NCBI GenBank assembly: GCA_947588815.1
Contig: CANQAG010000005.1
Span: forward strand, 14,731-78,730
Origin: an uncultured Bacilli bacterium
GTDB lineage: Bacteria > Bacillota_I > Bacilli_A > RFN20 > CAG-449
Direction of reading: 5' to 3'
DNA length: 64,000 nucleotides
Shown here: positions 38,759-48,219 of the stretch, in pieces
How the letters are laid out: each line of letters begins with the position of its first letter
Numbering within the stretch: the stretch's first letter is position 1
Position numbers and translations under genes: made by a program
The notes under the pieces: generated by a model
Database searches by the model: none
What the model was told of the DNA's origin: nothing
Seen by the model: only the letters and a program-made list of their open reading frames with translations

Positions 38759-39364
38759 CTAATCGAAGATAGTTTCGTTATTCTTAAGGGCATTGATAAT
38801 TCGAGCGAAATCTTGATTCGGCATCTTCCAAGACAATGAGGGAAGAGCATCCATATCAAAAAAACTTACCTCTGTCGTTTCATGGCAATGTGTCCCCGTT
38901 GAAGAAACTATCCTTCCTTCAAACCATATTGCATACTCCGACAAATCATTCTTCTTTTTATCACGTTCTCGATCTAAAATACCCACTAAACGGATAATTT
39001 CAACCACATAACCGCTTTCTTGAAGCACTTCTCTTTTCGCCGCTTCGGAAGGACTATCATAAATATCACACCAACCTCCGGGAACTGAATATGTCCCGCT
39101 ATCGGCCTCTTTTACTAAAAGCAAGCGACCTTTTTCATCGCGAATCAAAGTTCTTACGCTGATATTTGGAGTCGGATAGACATTCTTAGTAAAATAAGTA
39201 GGGCGTTCAAGATTCACTTCATTAAATTTTTCAATCATCGCGGTCGACAAACTGCGAATTTCTTCATAATTCTCTAAAGCATAGGGATCTTTTGAGTACA
39301 ATAAGCCGATTTTGGCAATCGAATTGATTTTTATCAAAAATTCATGGAAATCTAGTTTGGTCAT
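38759..39364 (-). CDS. NUDIX hydrolase with Nudix_N domain
   Basis: GLLYSKDPYALENY, YPTPNISVR, PGGWCD...AKREVLQESG Nudix box. Confidence 0.9.
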   Translation of the reverse strand: MTKLDFHEFLIKINSIAKIGLLYSKDPYALENYEEIRSLSTAMIEKFNEVNLERPTYFTKNVYPTPNISVRTLIRDEKGRLLLVKEADSGTYSVPGGWCDIYDSPSEAAKREVLQESGYVVEIIRLVGILDRERDKKKNDLSEYAIWFEGRIVSSTGTHCHETTEVSFFDMDALPSLSWKMPNQDFARIINALKNNETIFD

Positions 39365-39391
39365 AATTTAAATCCTCGAAACCATTATAGC

Positions 39392-40888
39392 CTATTTTAA
39401 GTAAAAATCACTGCCCTTTGCCGTAATCAAAACATTTTTATCGTCGTCATTCAAAATTTTAAATGCCTCTTGTAAATCTTTCTTGATAAATAAAAAATTC
39501 ATGTTACCTTGCGTCTCACGATATCCTTTTATTAAAGGATGATTATTTAAAAGAGTAATGACAATTACTTTATCTATTCCTACTAGACTTTTTCCGATTG
39601 AATAATTGTATTCTTCAAACTTTGTTCCAATTTCAATTAATCCTCCAGTAATTATCACTTTTCGCCCTGGACATTTTTTTAAAAGTTCAATGGAATCCAA
39701 TAGTCCAAAATAGTTGGCATTATAAGAATCATCAATAACAATCTTATTATGTATATGATAGATTTTTTGTCTTCTATCACTTGGATTTAATCGAGCAATG
39801 GCCTTAATCAAATTATTTGTTGACACCTTTAAATGACTGGCTAATTTAATCGCTCCGGCAAGATTTAACAACTGCTTGTCACCTAGTAATTTTATTTCGA
39901 ATTTAGTGTTGGCTAAAGTTAAAAAGCACTTTAATTGATCGTTGATTTCATAATTTAATTCTTGTAAAGAATAGGATTCATAGGGAAAATTCCATTTTAC
40001 AGTATTTAGCAATGTATCATCACCATTAAAAAATATTTTGCCACTTTCTTTTAAAAGGGTTTGAATTTTGATTTTTGCTTTTAAAACATTATCAAGTGTT
40101 TTAAAAGTCGCTAAATGCATGGGGCCAATCGCAGTTACAACCGCATAGTCTAGTTTGAATAAACGATGAAATTTTTTCATTCCGTTTTTTTCATCAATTC
40201 CGATTTCCGCTACCACAAAATCATCAGTAGTAGAAACTTCTTCGTTAATAAACCGCGTCAATCCCATTAATGTGTTGATGCTGCCTTTAGGAAAAGTCAC
40301 TTGATATTGGGTTTTTAAGATATGAAGAAGATCCATTTTAAATGATGTTTTGCCATAACTTCCTGTAATGCCGATAATCTTTGCATCTTGCATTCTTTTT
40401 AGTTTTTTCCGAGCTTTTGAAATATAAAACGATCTTATGGCTTCTTCAAGAGGACTAAGAATTATTTTGCTAAGGCACAATAAAGTTCCACTTACAATTT
40501 TAACACTGAAGAGATATCCAAAAATTATCCAATAACTGACATATGGAATAAAGACGATGATTCCTAAAAGGAATTCGCTCATTATAAATAAAAATATCGA
40601 TCTCCGCGTCAAAGGAATACGTTGAGGTTTTTTTATTAAAAACAAAATCATGTTAGCAACAAGCATTAAGCCAACTGCCAATCCATGAATTATCGAATGG
40701 TCAAGTACGATGGCGCTCTCGATCAAAATTAAAAAAATAAAAAGATAATAACCATTTTTTTTGAATCTTTCTTTTCCGAGAATCAAATAACGTTTTATTG
40801 AATAATATTGTTCAATAAAAATTTTCTCTTCTTGAAGTAAAAGGGTTGTCAAAAATAAAAAAGTCAAAACTTTAAAGACTAAAAGCAT
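39392..40888 (-). CDS. murF: MurF-like Mur ligase with N-terminal TM segment
   Basis: GITGSYGKTS, AEIG, AIGPMHL, IDDSYNAN; about 150 hydrophobic N-terminal residues. Confidence 0.85.
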   Translation of the reverse strand: MLLVFKVLTFLFLTTLLLQEEKIFIEQYYSIKRYLILGKERFKKNGYYLFIFLILIESAIVLDHSIIHGLAVGLMLVANMILFLIKKPQRIPLTRRSIFLFIMSEFLLGIIVFIPYVSYWIIFGYLFSVKIVSGTLLCLSKIILSPLEEAIRSFYISKARKKLKRMQDAKIIGITGSYGKTSFKMDLLHILKTQYQVTFPKGSINTLMGLTRFINEEVSTTDDFVVAEIGIDEKNGMKKFHRLFKLDYAVVTAIGPMHLATFKTLDNVLKAKIKIQTLLKESGKIFFNGDDTLLNTVKWNFPYESYSLQELNYEINDQLKCFLTLANTKFEIKLLGDKQLLNLAGAIKLASHLKVSTNNLIKAIARLNPSDRRQKIYHIHNKIVIDDSYNANYFGLLDSIELLKKCPGRKVIITGGLIEIGTKFEEYNYSIGKSLVGIDKVIVITLLNNHPLIKGYRETQGNMNFLFIKKDLQEAFKILNDDDKNVLITAKGSDFYLK

Positions 40889-41571
40889 TTTTCAATTCCT
40901 TTATCAATTAAAGAGGCGATATCTTTTTTATGAGAAAGATAAGCAAGGTGATCTCCTTCAAAAAATATCAATTTTGACTTTTTTAAATAACGATGCATTT
41001 TGTTCAATTGAAAACGAACGATTTCTCGATCTTTTTTTAATCCGATCAATAAAATATCGGTATTGATTTTTTTTAAATCTTTTTTCGATAAATATGAATT
41101 GCAAACATTGACAAAAGTTTTTCTTAAATTTCCTTGTGTCGCTTCATAATCAGAGCTTCCTTTTAATACGATCGGTAGTTTTATCTTTTTGGCAATTTTA
41201 TTAAAAGTAATTTTCACTTTAGCCTTTATTGTGTGTCGTTTAATAATACTTGGTGCAATTAAACATAATCCTTTTACCAGATATTGTGTAGCATAAAATC
41301 CTAAAATTTTACCTCCGAAAGAATGTCCAACACCATAAAAACTTTCAATTTGCTCATGCACGACTAGATTGTGAAGTTCTTGCACGTAATCTTGTATTGT
41401 ATAAGGATGTGTCAATTCACTTTTCCCAAAGCCTGGCAAATCGACAATTATAACATTTGTCGATTTGTTAAGCATCGCCAATCTTTTCATAGCTGAAGAA
41501 TCTAATCCCCATCCATGAAGATAGATAGTAAAACCTACTTTTCCTGGTTGTTCGATTTTTTGATAGTACAT
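40879..41571 (-). CDS. Alpha/beta hydrolase
   Basis: HGWG, DLPGFGKS, GHSFGG nucleophile, GDH; start refined to ATG 41571 after AGAGG RBS. Confidence 0.88.
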   Translation of the reverse strand: MYYQKIEQPGKVGFTIYLHGWGLDSSAMKRLAMLNKSTNVIIVDLPGFGKSELTHPYTIQDYVQELHNLVVHEQIESFYGVGHSFGGKILGFYATQYLVKGLCLIAPSIIKRHTIKAKVKITFNKIAKKIKLPIVLKGSSDYEATQGNLRKTFVNVCNSYLSKKDLKKINTDILLIGLKKDREIVRFQLNKMHRYLKKSKLIFFEGDHLAYLSHKKDIASLIDKGIEKCF

Positions 41572-41662
41572 GTTTTTGCCTCTATACATATATATGGTCA
41601 ATTTAATTTTTGATTGCCTATCGATATTTTTTGCGTTAGTATGATTTAAAAAGAGGTGCATT

Positions 41663-42094
41663 ATGTCATTTGAATTAGTGCTTACACTTATTGTAATCGG
41701 GGCTATTTTTATATCCGTAATCCTCATATTTTTATCGGGAGTCATTAAAGTAAAAAATGACGAAGTCGCCATCATTGAAAAATTTCATACTTTTGACAAA
41801 GTGCTTAATTCTGGTTGGCATTTTATCATGCCGATATTTTCTCATCGTGTAAAAACTTATAACGTTAAACCTGTCTCGATTAAAGGACGCTTCAATAATT
41901 TTGAAATTTTTATAAATTTTAAAATCGAGGATTATCAAAAATATTATTACTCAAATGAAATTTTTGAAGTCGGTATCAGCAAAAGGTTAAAAAAAATCTC
42001 CCCTACTAATAGGGAAGATGTCACTAAGACTATCGAGGATTATGCTAAAGCGTTAGGTATCACCATCTTAAAAATCGAATTATCCGATATCTAG
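41663..42094 (+). CDS. Short SPFH/band-7-like membrane protein
   Basis: TM then VKNDEVAIIEKF..KVLNSGWHFIMP; AGAGGTG RBS. Confidence 0.6.
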   Translation: MSFELVLTLIVIGAIFISVILIFLSGVIKVKNDEVAIIEKFHTFDKVLNSGWHFIMPIFSHRVKTYNVKPVSIKGRFNNFEIFINFKIEDYQKYYYSNEIFEVGISKRLKKISPTNREDVTKTIEDYAKALGITILKIELSDI

Positions 42095-43408
42095 ATCAAA
42101 GATTAAATTTCGAAGAGAAGAACCAAGCTCCTGGTTCTTTTTTTCACTTTCGCTCTCTATTAAAACTCTAATTAAAGATTCAGTGCCGGAAGGTCTTATC
42201 ACGATGCGACCTTGTCCTTTTAATTCTCGTTCGCTTGCATTTAAATAATCAAGCAAACGTTGATTATTGATGATATTATTTTTGTCAACCACTTGAATGT
42301 TCATCTGCAAGGTGGGATAAGGATTATAATCATCGTATACTTTTTTCAACGATTCTTTTTCTGACATTAAAACCATTAATCTCATCATTGATAGCAATGC
42401 ATCTCCGGTTTTGGCGAAATCGCCGAAAATAATATGCCCCGATTTTTCTCCACCTAATGAAGCGTTAATGCGCGACATTTTCATTTGGACATTATGATCG
42501 CCGACATCGACGACGTCGGTCTCAATTTGATGTTCTTTAAGTTTTTTCAATAAAGCACTATTAGTCATCGTGGTCACCACAATGCGATTTTCTTTAAGAA
42601 GATTTTGTTTTTTTAGATCCAATGCAAAAATCATCAAAAGCAAATCTCCATCCAAAAGACGTCCATCACTATCACAAGCGATGATACGATCCCCGTCTCC
42701 GTCTACGGCAATTCCTAAATCAAATTTTCCTTTTACAACTTTTTTTTGCAGAATTTCATAATCCAAAACCCCACTATCACGATTGATATTGATTCCGTTT
42801 GGTTTTACATTCGTTAACTCATAATGTTTTAAATTCAATCGTTTAAATAAAGTTTCAATAATCTGATAGTCGGCACCATTTGCTCCGTCTACTACAACTT
42901 TTAAATTGTGATTTATGTGTTCTTTATTTTCTAATAAAAATTCAATATACTCTTCAATTAAATGACTGCTTTCAATAAGACGTCCGATATGATCAGAAGC
43001 CGCTAATGGCAAGTAATCTTCTTTAGCGTCGATATAACTTTCGATTTCCTTTTTTAAATCATCTTTAATCTTTTCTCCGTTACGATCAAAAATTTTTATG
43101 CCATTGTCATCATAAGGATTGTGTGAAGCTGTGATCATAACGCCATAATCAAAATGGTACTTTGCCGTCAAATATGAGACCGCCGGGGTTGGAGCTATCC
43201 CCAAATCATATACACTTGAACCTGAGCCTAGTGCCCCTGAACAAAAAGAAGAGAAGAGAAGATCTGAAGAAACTCGAGTATCACGAGCTAAAAGTATCTT
43301 TAATTTACCTCTTGCACCTAAATATCTTCCAAGACGAAAAACAATTCGCGAAGTCAAATTATAATTAACCTTACCACGAATTCCATCTGTACCAAAATAT
43401 TTATTCAT
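42080..43408 (-). CDS. glmM: Phosphoglucosamine mutase
   Basis: KYFGTDGIRG, ITASHNP, DGDGDR, GGEKSGH, RPSGTE. Confidence 0.93.
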   Translation of the reverse strand: MNKYFGTDGIRGKVNYNLTSRIVFRLGRYLGARGKLKILLARDTRVSSDLLFSSFCSGALGSGSSVYDLGIAPTPAVSYLTAKYHFDYGVMITASHNPYDDNGIKIFDRNGEKIKDDLKKEIESYIDAKEDYLPLAASDHIGRLIESSHLIEEYIEFLLENKEHINHNLKVVVDGANGADYQIIETLFKRLNLKHYELTNVKPNGININRDSGVLDYEILQKKVVKGKFDLGIAVDGDGDRIIACDSDGRLLDGDLLLMIFALDLKKQNLLKENRIVVTTMTNSALLKKLKEHQIETDVVDVGDHNVQMKMSRINASLGGEKSGHIIFGDFAKTGDALLSMMRLMVLMSEKESLKKVYDDYNPYPTLQMNIQVVDKNNIINNQRLLDYLNASERELKGQGRIVIRPSGTESLIRVLIESESEKKNQELGSSLRNLIFDLDIG

Positions 43409-43463
43409 AAAACATTCACCCATACATCATATGCATGAATAAAAAATGTTTTAAAAAGAAATT

Positions 43464-44228
43464 TTAACGACTCATATAATCTTGAAAATAATTTTTAAAT
43501 TCGTCAAGCGTAACATTTTCCATATTACCCATATAAGCAATGGAAACTCTTCCACTTTCTTCACTGACAACGACAGTTACCGAATCTGTGGTTTCGCTTA
43601 TTCCGATAGCAGCACGATGGCGAGAACCATATTTACCGGTCAGCGCGGTAGTCGTCGGCATGTAAAAAACACTTGCGGCGACAATTCGATCATCCTTGAT
43701 GATAACTGCACCGTCATGCAATCTAGTTCCGGGATAAAAAATTGTCACCAACAATTCTTGGGTAACCGGGGCATTTACAGCAGTGCCTGATTTTCCGATT
43801 TCAGAAAGTGAATCTTGTTTTTCAAACGTTAAAATAGCACCGATTTTATTTTTAGCCAACGAGAAAACCGTATCATTTATTACTTGATAAAATTTTTCCT
43901 TATCATAACCGACTTTAGTCTCTTTATTGGTGTTATGTTTTTTAGACACGCTGTTAATAATAAAATGCCTGATCTCAGAAATGTTTGTGAAGAAAAAAAT
44001 CACGGTTGCACTGGTTAAAAGCATCAAAATCAACAATTTAAAATTAGAAAATCCGCAAATTGCCGACACGAGGTAAAATGTGAAAGCAATACAATAAAAT
44101 ATAGCAATCGTTCTTCTTTTTAAATATCTTAAAAAGAAAACGATCAATAATATCGCTAAAACAAAAGTTAATATAATATCGGTTAAAAAAAGTGGCTCTT
44201 TAAAATGCTCCAAAATACTATCTAGCAT
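43464..44228 (-). CDS. dacA: Diadenylate cyclase
   Basis: 3 N-terminal TM; LHDGAVII and GSRHRAAIG motifs; VVVSEESG. Confidence 0.93.
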   Translation of the reverse strand: MLDSILEHFKEPLFLTDIILTFVLAILLIVFFLRYLKRRTIAIFYCIAFTFYLVSAICGFSNFKLLILMLLTSATVIFFFTNISEIRHFIINSVSKKHNTNKETKVGYDKEKFYQVINDTVFSLAKNKIGAILTFEKQDSLSEIGKSGTAVNAPVTQELLVTIFYPGTRLHDGAVIIKDDRIVAASVFYMPTTTALTGKYGSRHRAAIGISETTDSVTVVVSEESGRVSIAYMGNMENVTLDEFKNYFQDYMSR

Positions 44229-44432
44229 AAAAAATCACGCTCCTTTTCCATACTCTATTATCATAGCAAATCATCCAAAAAAATGAAAGATAAGAAATTA
44301 CTAAGTTTAAAAATTTGTGACTTTTTTTAAGCAGTGACAACTTTTTATTTATTTTTCAATCACTTCTACTCCTAAATTTGACAATATCAGCATTTTATTA
44401 GATAATTTTATTAACAAAGGAATTTTGATATT

Positions 44433-45989
44433 ATGAGTAATGACAATTATATTTTATCGATAGATTATGGTACTCAAAGTGTAAAAGTTTCTATCTTTGA
44501 TGACAAAGGTAACCTTCTCGCTTTTGAAAAGCAAAATTATAATCTACCTTATTTTTCCACTAATCCTAGTTGGTTTGAGCAACATGCTGATTTTTATTGG
44601 GAACAAATGTGCTTGGCTTCTCAAAGACTTTGTCAAAAAAATTTCGAACTTATGAATAATATCAAGGGAGTTGTTACTTCTTGTTTTCGTGATACTGCAG
44701 TCATGTTGGACAAAAATTATAAGCCGATCCGACCGGCGATACTGTGGTTAGATCAAAGAGTGGCCAAAGTCGAAGAAAAATTGCCATTATTGAATAGAGT
44801 CCTTTTTGCACTCGTCGGAATGAAAGAAACCGTAAGAGTGCAACGAGCAAAATCAATGTCAAATTGGTTGAAAGTGAACGAACCTATTAATTGGAAACAA
44901 ACTGATAAATATGTCAATATCTCCACTTATTTAAATTACCGAATGATTGGAGAATTGAAAGATTCTCCTTCCAATTATGCTGGACACTATCCTCTCAATT
45001 TTAAACGTTGCAAATGGTATGGTTCCCACGCTTTAAAATTTCAGGTTTTTAACATTGATATATCAAAACTATGTGAATTGGTTGATCAAGATTTACCCCT
45101 TGGTAAAGTTTCCTTACAAGCCCATGAAGAATCAGGTATTCCTTTTGGAATTCCCCTTCTTTCTTCATCGTCTGATAAAGCCAATGAAACAATCGGAAAC
45201 GGAAGCATCGACGAAACTTCAGCGACCATCTCATATGGTACAGCCGCTACAATTTCAATAAGCAGCAAACGTTATGTCGAACCCGAAACTTTTTTACCGG
45301 CTTATGCTACACCGATTAAAAACCTTTACAATACCGAAGTGCAAATTTATCGAGGATATTGGATGATCAATTGGTTTGTCGAACAGTTCTATCAGGCCGA
45401 AAAAGAGGAATGTGAAAAACTCGGAATTTCTTATCTTGACAAATTAAACAAAGAAATGTTTCAACTTGTTCCCGGTGCTGACGGATTAATTCTTGATCCA
45501 TATTGGGGACCTTCTTTAAAGCGTCCAAATTACAAAGGTGTGATTATCGGTTTTTCTGACAATCACACTAAAATTCATCTTTATCGCGCAATAATAGAAG
45601 GTATTTGTTTTTCTTTAAAAAACAGTTTAACAAAAATCGAAAGAAAAATGCACCGCAAAGTAGAGCGGCTCTATATTTCAGGTGGTGGCGCCATTTCCGA
45701 TGAAATCGCCCAAATAACCGCCGATATTTTTAACCTCCCTGTCTATCGAGTTCAAACTACAGAAACCAGTTCTTTAGGTTCAGCAATCGTCGGTTTTGTA
45801 AAACTTGGCATCTACGATTCATTAGAAACTGCCATTATAAAAATGGTAAGAACCAAGAGTCGATTCTTACCACGTCCTGAAATCAGCATTACTTACGATT
45901 ACATTTTTAAAAACATCTATCAAAAATTATACAAGAACAATATTAAGATCTGCAAAAACATTCGAAAATTAACCAAGATCGATATTTAA
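44433..45989 (+). CDS. FGGY-family carbohydrate kinase
   Basis: SIDYGTQSVK, AILWLDQR, SYGT, YRAIIEG, SGGGAISD, SSLGSA. Confidence 0.9.
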   Translation: MSNDNYILSIDYGTQSVKVSIFDDKGNLLAFEKQNYNLPYFSTNPSWFEQHADFYWEQMCLASQRLCQKNFELMNNIKGVVTSCFRDTAVMLDKNYKPIRPAILWLDQRVAKVEEKLPLLNRVLFALVGMKETVRVQRAKSMSNWLKVNEPINWKQTDKYVNISTYLNYRMIGELKDSPSNYAGHYPLNFKRCKWYGSHALKFQVFNIDISKLCELVDQDLPLGKVSLQAHEESGIPFGIPLLSSSSDKANETIGNGSIDETSATISYGTAATISISSKRYVEPETFLPAYATPIKNLYNTEVQIYRGYWMINWFVEQFYQAEKEECEKLGISYLDKLNKEMFQLVPGADGLILDPYWGPSLKRPNYKGVIIGFSDNHTKIHLYRAIIEGICFSLKNSLTKIERKMHRKVERLYISGGGAISDEIAQITADIFNLPVYRVQTTETSSLGSAIVGFVKLGIYDSLETAIIKMVRTKSRFLPRPEISITYDYIFKNIYQKLYKNNIKICKNIRKLTKIDI

Positions 45990-46396
45990 TTACGATCGAT
46001 TAAATTAATTTTTCCAATGAGCGGAAGCGGTTTTGTCTCTTCACGACATACATGCACGATTCCTAAAATAAAGAAAGCGATCTGTGCTAAACTTTCAAGA
46101 ATATTTATAATCAAAAAGAAAGTTATAGATGCCGTTGAGGCAAAAACAAATATTATTTCTAATAAATAGATAATAGTATTAAATGCAATCGATATGATAA
46201 ATAGCACTAAACATTGATTAGCGTGATACTTAGCGAATGGTGATCTTGGTTTTACTAAAATCGGTAAAAAGAAAAGCAAACCACAAAATAAATATCCGAT
46301 TGCTGCGAATAGCCGATCTAAAAATTTTAACTCTTCACCTTTATCGATATTTTTTTCACTTACTTCAACGTCAACTACTTCCTTATTCTCTTCCAT
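45986..46396 (-). CDS. DUF4870-like membrane protein
   Basis: AAIGYL..FFLPILV..SPFAKYHANQ..KPLPLIG. Confidence 0.8.
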   Translation of the reverse strand: MEENKEVVDVEVSEKNIDKGEELKFLDRLFAAIGYLFCGLLFFLPILVKPRSPFAKYHANQCLVLFIISIAFNTIIYLLEIIFVFASTASITFFLIINILESLAQIAFFILGIVHVCREETKPLPLIGKINLIDRN

Positions 46397-46465
46397 AATA
46401 AAATACCTCTAGGTAAAGTATATTATATTTTTTTGTTTTTATAAACATTTTTCGTTATACTATAA

Positions 46466-47602
46466 ATGAGGTTTATTATGAAAAAGATTATTAATTCTAA
46501 ATTTTTTAAAATCATTTCTATATACATTGTAATTCTTGGTTTACTTGCCATTCTGCTTGGAACATTTTGTCTCAATGGTTCAAAAAAAATTTTTAACGAT
46601 ATTGAAAAAATCACTGCTGTTCCACATCGCGAATTAGAAATCATCAAAGATAAAGAAAATCTCGGCTTAGTAAACGATAATAGCGGACAAGATTTTAAAA
46701 TTCTTCAATTGTCTGACATTCATTTAAGTTGCAGTTATGCAACATACGAAAACGATTTAAGCGCCATAAAAGCGGTCGAAAAGGTGGTAAGAAACACTGC
46801 TCCGGATCTTATAGTCTTAACCGGAGATATCATTTATCCTTCAATTTTACATTTGAATTGCAACAATGATTTAATAGCCAAGGCCATTATACAATTAATG
46901 GAAAATCTTTCAATTCCGTGGTCGGTGACTTATGGAAATCATGATACCGAATCATATAGTACTTGCACTAGAGATCAAATAAGTACACTTTATGAAAACG
47001 CCCCTTCGTGCCTTTTTTATCGGGGGTCTGAAAATATTTATGGTAGTGGCAACTATCTTGTTAAATTATACAATTACGATCGCACTTTAAACCAAGTCTT
47101 AGTAATGATGGACTCTAATTCATATGTTCCTAATTCATTTATTAACGACTACGATAATATTCACGAAGATCAAATTGAATGGTATTCTAACACTTTAAAT
47201 AAAATTTGTGAAGAAGAAAAAAGAATCGTACCCTCAATCCTTTACATTCACATTCCTTTTAAAGAATATAAAATCGCTTGGGATATGTATTTAGCTGGTT
47301 CTTCAGAAGTAACTTATATTGACGGAGGAGCTTTAGAAGGATTTTCAGGACCCAAGCGTGAAGATTCAATGTTTGAAACCATCGAAAGGATTCAATCGAC
47401 AAAAGCGGTTTTTTGCGGTCATGACCATTTAAACACTTACGCTATTTCATACAAAAATGTCATTCTTTCCTATGGGATGTCGATTGATTATCTAGCTTAT
47501 CCCACCATTTATCATAAAACTTCGCAACGTGGGGGAACCTTGGTTTCGATTTCTCCCGATGGTACTTTTTCTTTTGAAAGAATCTATTTAAAAGATCTTT
47601 GA
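46466..47602 (+). CDS. Calcineurin-like metallophosphoesterase, N-terminally anchored
   Basis: LSDIH, LTGD, YGNHD, YIHIP, CGHDH. Confidence 0.9.
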   Translation: MRFIMKKIINSKFFKIISIYIVILGLLAILLGTFCLNGSKKIFNDIEKITAVPHRELEIIKDKENLGLVNDNSGQDFKILQLSDIHLSCSYATYENDLSAIKAVEKVVRNTAPDLIVLTGDIIYPSILHLNCNNDLIAKAIIQLMENLSIPWSVTYGNHDTESYSTCTRDQISTLYENAPSCLFYRGSENIYGSGNYLVKLYNYDRTLNQVLVMMDSNSYVPNSFINDYDNIHEDQIEWYSNTLNKICEEEKRIVPSILYIHIPFKEYKIAWDMYLAGSSEVTYIDGGALEGFSGPKREDSMFETIERIQSTKAVFCGHDHLNTYAISYKNVILSYGMSIDYLAYPTIYHKTSQRGGTLVSISPDGTFSFERIYLKDL

Positions 47603-48040
47603 TACAAATAATTTTTATTTAAAAAACTATTATCAAAGTTTAAGTTAAACATATTCTTGTTACTTTTATAGGGTATATATTGTTTTTAAAAAAAATATAT
47701 GACCTAACATCTTTTTAAATATCAGTTTTATTTTTATAAACATGATTATTGACATGATCAAATTGGCAATCGATTTATTTATTATATAGTATAATAGCAA
47801 TCATTATAATACCCGTATTGTTTATTGTTATAAATTGTTTTGAACATGAATTTAGAAGGTGCTATTTCAACCGGGTGACATTTTAGAATACATTGATGAT
47901 AAGAGTAATTGCAAAACGGAAAATAAAAGATAAAAAAATTTTTTAAAACTTAAGCCGCCTTTTATAATTCCGTTTTTTACAAGTTTTAATTTTACATAAT
48001 CTTAAAAATGAAGAGCCTTATGAAATGAAAAGAAAAAAAT

Positions 48041-48079
48041 AAAAAAAGAGCCATTGCAACTTTCAAAATACATGGCTCT
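48041..48079 (-). terminator. Terminator of the ABC operon
   Basis: AGAGCCAT...ATGGCTCT followed by a T tract on the minus strand. Confidence 0.65.
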
Positions 48080-48219
48080 AAAATAATTATCACTTTCTTT
48101 AAGAATTCAATTAGAATTACATTAAAGAAGTGATTTTATTTTAAAAAATCTTTTGCTATTAGTCAAGTATTTTTGGCTAATAGCTCTTTTTAAAATTTAC
48201 AAATACCTAAAATCTTGAA

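Noticed and set aside
40879-41775. 298-aa version of the hydrolase
   Set aside because: The N-terminal extension overlaps the opposite-strand SPFH gene; the RBS supports ATG 41571
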